This document shows, piece by piece, positions 11,442 through 19,350 of a stretch of DNA of 32,000 nt (its first letter is position 1; each line of letters begins with the position of its first letter). The notes beneath the pieces were generated by a model that saw only the letters and a program-made list of their open reading frames with translations, searched no databases and was not told where the DNA came from. Source of the stretch: Methanococcus maripaludis. Lineage in GTDB: Archaea > AGJL01 > Methanococci > Methanococcales > Methanococcaceae. A program made the translations under genes and the position numbers. Location: contig NZ_CP026606.1 of NCBI RefSeq assembly GCF_002945325.1, positions 1-32,000 on the forward strand. The letters are read 5' to 3'.

Positions 11442-12596
11442 ATGGATACGATGTCACAGATTCTAAAATTACTCGAAAAAACCGATTCGATCGAAATAAA
11501 CGAGTTTAGAATGGATGTAGATGAGTTGGAATTAACCATAATGCCTACACTACAAAATGTTGTTCAAAAAGTTGTTGAAAAACAAATTGAAGCTAAAAAA
11601 GAATTCGAAAGTCAGATTGAATTCAAATACCCTGTAAAAGACTACGCTGGGAAAGTAAACGAAGTTAAACTCGGTGGAAAGAACAGAAAAACCGTTAAAC
11701 TCGGTGGACAGACCAGTCTTTACAGATTTGAAGAACCTCAACCAAATGCACCAACTGTTACTTTCGATGTATTTGATATTCCAATGAACGGTCTTCCAAG
11801 ACCAATTAAAGAAAATTTTGAAGATGTAATGCACAGTCCTGGAGAATGGGCAGAGAAAGCCGTTAAGGAATTTGGTGCGGATATGATTACACTTCACTTG
11901 ATTGGAACTGACCCAAAAGTTAAGGATAAATCATTAAAAGATGCGGCAAAAGACTTGGAAGAAGTTTTACAGGCTGTAAAAGTTCCTTTGGTAATTGGTG
12001 GTTCAGGTAACCCTAAAAAAGACCCGCTTGTTCTTGAAATGGCTGCAGAAGTTGCAGATGGAGAAAGATGTCTTTTGGCTTCAGCAAACCTTGATTTGGA
12101 TTACCAAAAAATTGCACAGGCAGCAGTTAAACACGACCATGCAGTTCTTTCATGGGCAATTTCAGACATAAATATGCAGAAAGTGTTAAACAAAGCACTC
12201 ATGAAAGAGGGTTTAACAGCTAACGATATTGTAATGGACCCAACAACATGTGCTCTTGGTTACGGTATTGAATTCTCAATTGATGTGATGACAAGAACAA
12301 GACTTTCTGCTTTGAAAGGAGAAGAAATTTTACAGATGCCAATGTCCTCTGGAACCACAAATGCATGGGGTTCAAGAGAAGCTTGGATGAAGAAAGACGA
12401 ATGGGGGCCTACAAAGTACAGAGGACCTATTTGGGAAGTTGTCACAGGTCTTACAATGATGCTCTGCGGAGTTGACATATTCATGATGTTGCACCCGCTT
12501 TCAGTTAAAACATTGAAAGAAATAGGAACAACACTCACTTACGAATACAAATCAAAAGAATCCCAGGATCTTTCCGACTGGATAACTAAATTCTAA
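11442..12596 (+). CDS. cdhD: CO dehydrogenase/acetyl-CoA synthase complex subunit delta (CdhD)
   Basis: Corrinoid/Fe-S subunit motifs VLQAVKVPLVIGGSGNPKKDPLVLE, MDPTTCALGYGIEFSIDVM; operon context. Confidence 0.95.
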   Translation: MDTMSQILKLLEKTDSIEINEFRMDVDELELTIMPTLQNVVQKVVEKQIEAKKEFESQIEFKYPVKDYAGKVNEVKLGGKNRKTVKLGGQTSLYRFEEPQPNAPTVTFDVFDIPMNGLPRPIKENFEDVMHSPGEWAEKAVKEFGADMITLHLIGTDPKVKDKSLKDAAKDLEEVLQAVKVPLVIGGSGNPKKDPLVLEMAAEVADGERCLLASANLDLDYQKIAQAAVKHDHAVLSWAISDINMQKVLNKALMKEGLTANDIVMDPTTCALGYGIEFSIDVMTRTRLSALKGEEILQMPMSSGTTNAWGSREAWMKKDEWGPTKYRGPIWEVVTGLTMMLCGVDIFMMLHPLSVKTLKEIGTTLTYEYKSKESQDLSDWITKF

Positions 12597-12609
12597 GGGG
12601 GTTTTAAAA

Positions 12610-13983
12610 GTGAAAGTTACAGCAATGGATATTTACAAATTACTTCCTAAGACGAACTGTGGAAAATGTGGCGATGCATCATGTATGGCATTCGCAGCTA
12701 AACTCTCCCAAAAGGAAGCAGAACTTTCGGCCTGCCCTCAACTTAAAGGTGCTGATTTTGAAAAACTGGCAAACATGCTCGCTCCAGCAGTAAAAGAAAT
12801 TAAAATTGGAACTGGTAATAAAGCAGTTACAATTGGTGGAGACGAAGTATTATACAGATACGAACTTACTTACTACAACCCAACCGCAATAGCAGTTGAT
12901 CTAAGCGACGATATGGATGATTCTGCATTTGATCAGAAATTGGTGAAAATCAAAAACTTGGAATTTGAAAGAACTGGTGAAATTCTTAAATTGAATGCAG
13001 TAGCTTTGAGAAATAAATCAGGAGATTCTGAACAATTCAAAAAAGCTGCAGAAAAATTAAAAGATTCAGAAATTCCAGTAATTCTCTGTTCATTCGATTC
13101 CAAGGCAATGGATGCTGCACTTGACGTACTCGGATCAAAAAGGCCTTTGATATATGCAGCAACCGAAAACAATATCGATGAAATGTCAAAATTGGCATTA
13201 AAACACAACTGTCCGATTTCATTATTTGTTCCAAACGATCTTGAAAAAATGAAACAGCTCTCAAGAAAATTGAGGGAATCTGGCGTTAAAGACATAGTAT
13301 TAGACCCTGGAACTTACATTGGTGAAGCAATCGCAGATACAATGGACAACTTTATCATGATAAGGAGACTTGCAGTTGAAGAAAAAGACGACGATTTCAG
13401 ATTCCCAATTTTGGCAGTTCCTGCAGTTTGCTGGATAAATCCAGATGGGGACGAAATATTAACAAAAATGAAAGAAGCAACAACTGCGGCAGCACTCATG
13501 AACAGGTATGCTGATGTAATGATATTACACGGAATAGATATCTGGGAGATGATGCCTGTTTTAACACTTAGACAGAGCTTATACACTGATCCGAGAAAAC
13601 CACAATCCGTTGAATCAAAAATCTATGAATTTGGAACAGTTGATGAAAATTCACCGGTAATTATGACTACAAACTTTGCATTAACATACTACACGGTTGC
13701 AGGGGATTTGAAATCTGGAAAAGTAAACTGTTACTTACTTGTGCTTGATACAAATGGAAAAGCAGTTGACGTGGCAGTTGCAGGCGGTCAGTTTAACGGA
13801 AAAGCAGCGGCTGAACTTATAAAAGATACGGGAATCGAAAAATTAGTTAACCATAAAAAATTGATCATCCCTGGACTTGCAGCATCCGTATCGGGAGATA
13901 TTGAAGACCAGTCCGGATGGGAAGTAATTGTTGGTACGAGAGATTCCTCGGAAGTCCCTGCTTTCTTAGCAAAGATATGGTGA
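12610..13983 (+). CDS. cdhE: CO dehydrogenase/acetyl-CoA synthase complex subunit gamma (CdhE)
   Basis: N-terminal LLPKTNCGKCGDASCMAFAAKL with further Cys (corrinoid Fe-S subunit); GTG start 12610; C-terminal IPGLAASVSGDIEDQSGWEVIVG. Confidence 0.96.
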   Translation: MKVTAMDIYKLLPKTNCGKCGDASCMAFAAKLSQKEAELSACPQLKGADFEKLANMLAPAVKEIKIGTGNKAVTIGGDEVLYRYELTYYNPTAIAVDLSDDMDDSAFDQKLVKIKNLEFERTGEILKLNAVALRNKSGDSEQFKKAAEKLKDSEIPVILCSFDSKAMDAALDVLGSKRPLIYAATENNIDEMSKLALKHNCPISLFVPNDLEKMKQLSRKLRESGVKDIVLDPGTYIGEAIADTMDNFIMIRRLAVEEKDDDFRFPILAVPAVCWINPDGDEILTKMKEATTAAALMNRYADVMILHGIDIWEMMPVLTLRQSLYTDPRKPQSVESKIYEFGTVDENSPVIMTTNFALTYYTVAGDLKSGKVNCYLLVLDTNGKAVDVAVAGGQFNGKAAAELIKDTGIEKLVNHKKLIIPGLAASVSGDIEDQSGWEVIVGTRDSSEVPAFLAKIW

Positions 13984-13987
13984 TTTC

Positions 13988-14452
13988 ATGAAATCATTAA
14001 TGGTAGTTGATGCAAGAAAATGTACAGAATGTAACGACTGTATAGAAGCATGTAAAAAAGAACACGGGGTTGCAAGAGCTATTAAAACTCATTCAATCCC
14101 GATGTTTTGCTTACAGTGCCATCCTGACAAAGCACCTTGTAAACAGGTATGTCCAGTAAATGCTATTGAAGAATTAGATGGTGCACTTGTAGTTGATGAA
14201 GAATCCTGCATATTATGCAGACTTTGTATGGTTGCCTGTCCTATTGGAGCACTTACGATAAATAAAGATGCAAAATCAGTTCAAAAATGTACTCTCTGCA
14301 TGGAAACTGATAGAATGCTTCCAGCATGTGTTGAAGCATGTAAAAGCAATGTTTTGAAGTTATTCTCTGTAGAAGATTTAGAAGAACTTAAAAGAGAAAA
14401 ATCACACATGGATGTTGTTATCGAGTCCTTAAAAATGTACCGGGATGAATAA
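13988..14452 (+). CDS. CooF-like polyferredoxin, multiple [4Fe-4S]
   Basis: CTECNDCIEACKKE, CLQCHPDKAPCKQVCPVNAI, CILCRLCMVACPIGAL, CTLCMETDRMLPACVEACKSN. Confidence 0.9.
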   Translation: MKSLMVVDARKCTECNDCIEACKKEHGVARAIKTHSIPMFCLQCHPDKAPCKQVCPVNAIEELDGALVVDEESCILCRLCMVACPIGALTINKDAKSVQKCTLCMETDRMLPACVEACKSNVLKLFSVEDLEELKREKSHMDVVIESLKMYRDE

Positions 14453-14556
14453 CATCCTTTTTTAATTTTATTGTATTTTGAATTAAGTAATAATTTATAA
14501 AAGTATTTTAAACAATAGGCAGATAAAATTAATTAAAAATAACAGGGGCGATATTT

Positions 14557-14736
14557 ATGTGTGAATCAACAGTTTATTTGGACGATGGTACTGTAGTAAT
14601 GGCTGATGTTATGAAAATAGTCGTAAATGGTGATACCTTAGAATTTTACGACATATTAAACAATAAAAAAGAAATCAAGGCTAAATTCAATGTTTTGGAT
14701 TTAGAAGGCCATAAAATAGTTGTTACTGAATTATAA
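14557..14736 (+). CDS. cooT: CooT-like small nickel-binding protein, 59 aa, not in the supplied ORF track
   Basis: Manual translation: MCESTVYLDDGTVVMADVMKIVVNGDTLEFYDILNNKKEIKAKFNVLDLEGHKIVVTEL*. ATG follows AGGGGCGAT. N-terminal MC and the short beta-rich pattern (xxVYL..G..V.MxDV..I...GD.L...D......I..K...LDLE.HKIV) match the CooT family as I recall it. Confidence 0.75.
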   Translation: MCESTVYLDDGTVVMADVMKIVVNGDTLEFYDILNNKKEIKAKFNVLDLEGHKIVVTEL

Positions 14737-14748
14737 TTCTTTAATTTT

Positions 14749-15531
14749 TTAATTTTTAAGATTCATTATTTTTTCTGAAATTTTTCTAATTTCGATATGC
14801 GCTTTTGAATTTTCATATTTTACAAGAGGTTCTCTTTTCATATCTGCAACAGATACTTCTGGGTCGTATGGGATGCATCCTAGTATTTCAAGGCCAATTC
14901 TGTTTAAATTTTCACTTGCAAAACTTTTTTCAGTTTCATTTGAAATTTTATTTAATACACATACGATTTTTTTAATTCCAATTTCTTCTGCAAGTTTTTT
15001 AATCCTTTCAACAGTTTCCATAGATTTTGAGCTTGCTTCTGAAACAACAATCATTACATCGACAGCTTCTGCAGTTTTTCTGCCCAAATGTTCGATCCCA
15101 GCTTCCATATCTAGTATTACAACTTCGTCTTTTTTCAAAATTAAATTTCTAATAAGTGCTTTTAAAAGAACTGATGCAGGACATACACAGCCCGTTCCAC
15201 CTTTTTCAACGGTGCCCATGACCATTATTTTTAAATTGCCTTGTTTATCGTAATTTACAGATAATTTTTCTGGAAGGTCGCTTGTTTTTGGATTTATTTT
15301 AAAAACTTCTCCAAATGATGAACCCTGCTCAGCACCGGTTCTTTCTTTTATCAATTCTTTCATTTTTGAAATAGGAGTTATTTTATCAGTTATTCCAAGA
15401 CTTGAAGCTAAATTCATGTCAGGGTCTGCATCTATTGCATAAACTTTGTATTTTTCTGATAATATACAAGCTAAAGTTCCGGAAAATGTTGTTTTTCCAA
15501 CTCCTCCTTTTCCAGTAATTGCAATCTTCAT
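14749..15531 (-). CDS. Second CooC-like nickel-insertion ATPase
   Basis: GKGGVGKTTF, DADPDMNL, CVCP (CxC) in EKGGTGCVCPASVLLKALIRN, DMEAGIEHLGR. Confidence 0.85.
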   Translation of the reverse strand: MKIAITGKGGVGKTTFSGTLACILSEKYKVYAIDADPDMNLASSLGITDKITPISKMKELIKERTGAEQGSSFGEVFKINPKTSDLPEKLSVNYDKQGNLKIMVMGTVEKGGTGCVCPASVLLKALIRNLILKKDEVVILDMEAGIEHLGRKTAEAVDVMIVVSEASSKSMETVERIKKLAEEIGIKKIVCVLNKISNETEKSFASENLNRIGLEILGCIPYDPEVSVADMKREPLVKYENSKAHIEIRKISEKIMNLKN

Positions 15532-16184
15532 TTACTCACCCGTTTATTCAATGCTTTTTCAAATGCGTCGTGATGAAATGTTGCAGCTTTGTATCGCCCA
15601 CTTTCTTCATCTGAAAAAAGTCTGATTCTGCCTGCTCTACAAGGATAGTGCTGTATTCTAAGCCCTGCTTTTGTTGGAATATCTGAAATATTTTTTCCAA
15701 GTAAATCTTCTGCAACAAAGTTTGTACCCCCACATGGAGAGCCCCTTATAACTTTTATTTCGGTTGCGATGTCATTTTCAACTTTAATCTCAACTTTTGG
15801 CTTTCCAAATTTTGATACAAATTCATCAAATATTTCGTTTCCATTTTCAACGAGCTCGCACATGATGTCTGGACATATCACGTTTTTAAATGATTCAAGC
15901 TGGTTTTTTAGTCCTTTTCCTTTCCAAGCTCCAACTATTATATATCCAACGTTATCATAAACCTGTTCGACTAAATCGAAAGTAATGTCTGGATTTAGTA
16001 TGTAAGTAATTAAAATATCTGCAGATTTTATTTTTGCAACCTGTTCTTTTGGAAATTCTGTAAAATCGTCAATAGATTCGGGTTTTGGAATATCTAAAAT
16101 AATATATTCACATTCAAATTCTTTTTTAATCGTATCGTATGCTCTTTCCCCAAACGGCCCGTCAGAAACTACAAAAACTTTCAT
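15528..16184 (-). CDS. DUF166-like protein without ferredoxin domain
   Basis: VVSDGPFGERAYDTI, RGSPCGGTNFVAEDLLG, IQHYPCRAGRI; paralog of 5374..6249; overlaps start of cooC2 by 4 nt. Confidence 0.75.
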   Translation of the reverse strand: MKVFVVSDGPFGERAYDTIKKEFECEYIILDIPKPESIDDFTEFPKEQVAKIKSADILITYILNPDITFDLVEQVYDNVGYIIVGAWKGKGLKNQLESFKNVICPDIMCELVENGNEIFDEFVSKFGKPKVEIKVENDIATEIKVIRGSPCGGTNFVAEDLLGKNISDIPTKAGLRIQHYPCRAGRIRLFSDEESGRYKAATFHHDAFEKALNKRVSK

Positions 16185-16402
16185 TTTTTCACAATTTTAG
16201 TTTAAATCAATTATATTTTACTAATTATATACCTATTCCGGATAGACTTATTAAAACTATTAATTAATTGTATCATATTTTGATAGTTAATAACTAATTT
16301 TGAACATATGTGCGAAAAAATAAGGGATAAATAGTATATTGATACAATAGTCAAGAGATGCATTATTCAAATAGCTATTAAAAATATTAATGAGGTAACT
16401 AC

Positions 16403-17254
16403 ATGAATTCAAAATATGCTATTTTATTGGTTGGACTTGTGGCACTCACCGTAATGTTTAGCGGTTGTACATCCAGTTCAAGTGCTGCAGAACCTGTAGA
16501 AAAAGAAATATTAACAGTGTACAGTTGTGGCGGACCTACTGAAGCTTTGGCTGATGTAAACGCAGAATTTGAAAAAGAATACAATTGTGAAATTAGATTT
16601 ACCGGAGCCGCTGCCGGAAAATTGAGGAAAGCTTTAGAAGACGGCGCTTATGCTGACGTATTTTTACCAAGATCTGTTACTCATTCCGAAGTTTTAGCAA
16701 ATGCAGGATTAATGAACCCAGATTATAAGGTTTACCAGTTTACGGACTGGGTTATCATAACTCCAGTTGGAAACCCTAAAAACGTTTCAACAATTGAGGA
16801 TTTATTAAATGACGATGTTAACGTTTATACAAACTCAAAATCATCAATACCTGCTTTAAAAGCAATGGCTCCAGAAGCAGAGTCAATCAACGCAATTTAT
16901 GAAAAAAGTGCAAAAGATTACGACTGCTACAGAAAAATGTTAAGCGATGTTGCTTCAGGAAATGCAGACGCAGCTCTTGTTGAAAGAAGATGTACAACAT
17001 TACCAGGTATTGCTGGAAATATTGAAGTTATTGACCTTCCAAGAGAAACAATGACTCCACAAATAGGCATATTCACTGTTGGTGTTATGAACTATACAGA
17101 ACACGTAGACCTTGCATACAAGTACCAGGAATTTGTACTTACTGAACAAGCACAGGCTATTCTTGCAGATCACGGATTTATTCCAGTATATTCAGAACAA
17201 GGACAGGAATTATACAACAATTACTATCCTGAATATCTTTCATTAAATAACTAA
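16403..17254 (+). CDS. ModA-like extracellular substrate-binding lipoprotein
   Basis: Lipobox MFSGCTSS; SCGGPTEALADVNAEFEKEYNCEIRFTGAAAGKLRKALEDGAYADVFLP; periplasmic oxyanion-binding protein pattern. GAGGT upstream of the ATG. Confidence 0.8.
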   Translation: MNSKYAILLVGLVALTVMFSGCTSSSSAAEPVEKEILTVYSCGGPTEALADVNAEFEKEYNCEIRFTGAAAGKLRKALEDGAYADVFLPRSVTHSEVLANAGLMNPDYKVYQFTDWVIITPVGNPKNVSTIEDLLNDDVNVYTNSKSSIPALKAMAPEAESINAIYEKSAKDYDCYRKMLSDVASGNADAALVERRCTTLPGIAGNIEVIDLPRETMTPQIGIFTVGVMNYTEHVDLAYKYQEFVLTEQAQAILADHGFIPVYSEQGQELYNNYYPEYLSLNN

Positions 17255-17305
17255 TTTTATTATTTTTTTATTTTTAATTTATTTTTAATTTACACAGGTG
17301 AAAAT

Positions 17306-17965
17306 TTGAAAGAAAAGAAATTTGAACTTAAATCTAAACTCAAAAAAACCAATTTTTTTAATCTCGTAAAATATGGATTTTTTTTAGTTGCAATTCCATC
17401 AGTATTTTTAGTTATATTCCGATGTCCATACACGGTTCCCTTTTTAGTCTGTGATCTCTGTCCTGTTATAGACTGTCCTTCAAAAAATTACAGGCGTTTA
17501 ATTTTTGGAGCACTTCTTGGTTATGTTGCAATTACAAGAGTTGATTTTTGCGGGAAAGTATGCCCTCTTGGAACTTTAAATGATCTTTTCTACAAAGTAA
17601 AAATGAAAATATCTAAAAAACCATTAAAGTTATCACTGGAACTGAAAATAATACTTGATCTACTCAAATGGACCATATTTTTGTTTGTAATTATTGCAAT
17701 AATCAATGGAAACCCTAGATTTTACATACCAATCCATGCAGGAGAACTTTTAGACTCAATCAGGCTTTCTCTACTTGCCGGTGGAAATGCATATTATGCA
17801 AGGCTTATACTTGTTTTAGGTGCAATTTCTTTAGGTGTAGTCATCCCGAGATTTTGGTGCAGATATATCTGTCCATATGGGACCACGATTCAGTTGACAA
17901 AAAAAGGAATAAAGAAAGTAAAAGCACACACCTGTACAAATTGTGGAAAACATGATTCAAACTGA
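17306..17965 (+). CDS. NapH-like membrane protein with cysteine motifs
   Basis: TTG start after AGGTG; TM segments; CDLCPVIDCPS, VDFCGKVCPLGTL, RFWCRYICPYGT, CTNCGKHDSN at C-terminus. Confidence 0.75.
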   Translation: MKEKKFELKSKLKKTNFFNLVKYGFFLVAIPSVFLVIFRCPYTVPFLVCDLCPVIDCPSKNYRRLIFGALLGYVAITRVDFCGKVCPLGTLNDLFYKVKMKISKKPLKLSLELKIILDLLKWTIFLFVIIAIINGNPRFYIPIHAGELLDSIRLSLLAGGNAYYARLILVLGAISLGVVIPRFWCRYICPYGTTIQLTKKGIKKVKAHTCTNCGKHDSN

Positions 17966-18809
17966 TGCAATTTTTATATCTTTAGAACATTCCCTTAATT
18001 TTTTTTCAGAAGCGTTTGTTTACATACTCTTTGGTTTTCTGATGTCTGCTTATATTAAAGTAAAACTTAAGGGAAAATTAAGACAAAAATTTGTCCATAT
18101 ATTGGATAATTCAAAAAAATCAATAATCATTGCATCGTTAATTGGCGCAGTACTGCCATTATGTTCTGCAAGCGGAGTTCCTGTTGCAAATGTAATGAAC
18201 TCAAAAGGAACAAATCTTGGAATTACAATGTCTTTTATAGTTTCTGCTTCATCAATAACTCCTCTTGGGGTAATGCTCACTTATTCTTTATTGGGATACG
18301 AAATAGCGGTAATGCAGATTTGTGCATCACTCGTTCTAGCCTGTTCTCTTGGAATTATATTTTATAACGATAAAATTCCATTTTATTTTGAAGAATACGA
18401 TGTAAAAGCTGAAGAAACATTTTTAAAAGTACTTTTTAAACAGATGAAGAATTTAATGCCTGCAATAATGATTGGTTTTTTAATTTCTGGGTTTATGATG
18501 TATTTTATTCCAAAAGACATAATATTATACGCCCTTTCAAACAATGTTATGATGTATTTTTACGCGTCAGTTGCAAGAATCTTTATATTTTTATGCCCAA
18601 ATGCAATGATTCCATTAATTAGTTCTGTTGCAATTAACGGCGTTCCAAAGGGCCTTATCTTATCCTTTTTAATATCTGCCCCATCAATAGGTCTTCCGAT
18701 GATTTCTGCAATGTTAAAGGTTTATGGTAAGAAAATTGCACTAAAATATGTTTTTGGAGTAATTATGTTGGGCGGTATAATCGGGATTTTAGTAGATATT
18801 TTATTATAA
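17952..18809 (+). CDS. PF03773-like (ArsP/UPF0718) predicted permease
   Basis: Highly hydrophobic; GAVLPLCSASGVPVANVMNSKGTNLGITMSFIVSASSITPLGVMLTYSLLG resembles family core. Start ambiguous: GTG 17943 or ATG 17952. Confidence 0.7.
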   Translation: MIQTDAIFISLEHSLNFFSEAFVYILFGFLMSAYIKVKLKGKLRQKFVHILDNSKKSIIIASLIGAVLPLCSASGVPVANVMNSKGTNLGITMSFIVSASSITPLGVMLTYSLLGYEIAVMQICASLVLACSLGIIFYNDKIPFYFEEYDVKAEETFLKVLFKQMKNLMPAIMIGFLISGFMMYFIPKDIILYALSNNVMMYFYASVARIFIFLCPNAMIPLISSVAINGVPKGLILSFLISAPSIGLPMISAMLKVYGKKIALKYVFGVIMLGGIIGILVDILL

Positions 18810-18820
18810 CCTTTTAATTG

Positions 18821-18830
18821 CGATTAATCG
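18821..18830. promoter_or_regulatory. Perfect palindrome CGATTAATCG next to candidate TATA element
   Basis: cgattaatcg immediately followed by aaaaaactatatac, upstream of the ORF at 18887. Confidence 0.3.
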
Positions 18831-18886
18831 AAAAAACTATATACTTCTTTAAACTTATTATTTTATGACTACGCGGGGGCAATATT

Positions 18887-19300
18887 ATGCAAAAAATTAA
18901 GTTGTTTTCTGGAATTTTAGTTACTGTTTTGATATTGATGTCGCTTTGTGCCTGTATTAATTCAAACTACAGCTCTGACGATTTAGATCAAAGGGAAGTG
19001 GTATTAAATGCATTCAATTCCATAATAACGAATTCAGGCGGGAAAATTTTACAAATAAATAATTCTGAAAACACCTGGTCTGAAATAAATGTTACTGTTA
19101 CTGATGGATTTATAGGCTCAGTAGCATTAAATACTAACTGGAATACAGACTGCTACGGTAAATGCATTGTTGAATCAATTAAAAATTCAGGAATGATTGC
19201 AAATAATTCAGTAGTTACGGTAAATTACTATTTAAACAAAAACTTGGTCTCAGTTTATTCTTCGGAAACAGGTCCAAAAGTATATTATAATTTTGAATAA
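18887..19300 (+). CDS. Hypothetical small lipoprotein
   Basis: 137 aa with N-terminal hydrophobic segment and lipobox-like LMSLCAC; GGGGG upstream of ATG. Confidence 0.65.
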   Translation: MQKIKLFSGILVTVLILMSLCACINSNYSSDDLDQREVVLNAFNSIITNSGGKILQINNSENTWSEINVTVTDGFIGSVALNTNWNTDCYGKCIVESIKNSGMIANNSVVTVNYYLNKNLVSVYSSETGPKVYYNFE

Positions 19301-19350
19301 TTTTTAAAATTTTAAAAAAAAGAATATTGTTATTAAAATGTTTTTTTAAA

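Noticed and set aside
17255-17300. T-rich stretch after the ModA-like gene as a strong terminator
   Set aside because: Comparable AT-rich runs occur in many gaps here, and the next gene is only about 50 nt away, so termination versus read-through cannot be judged from sequence.
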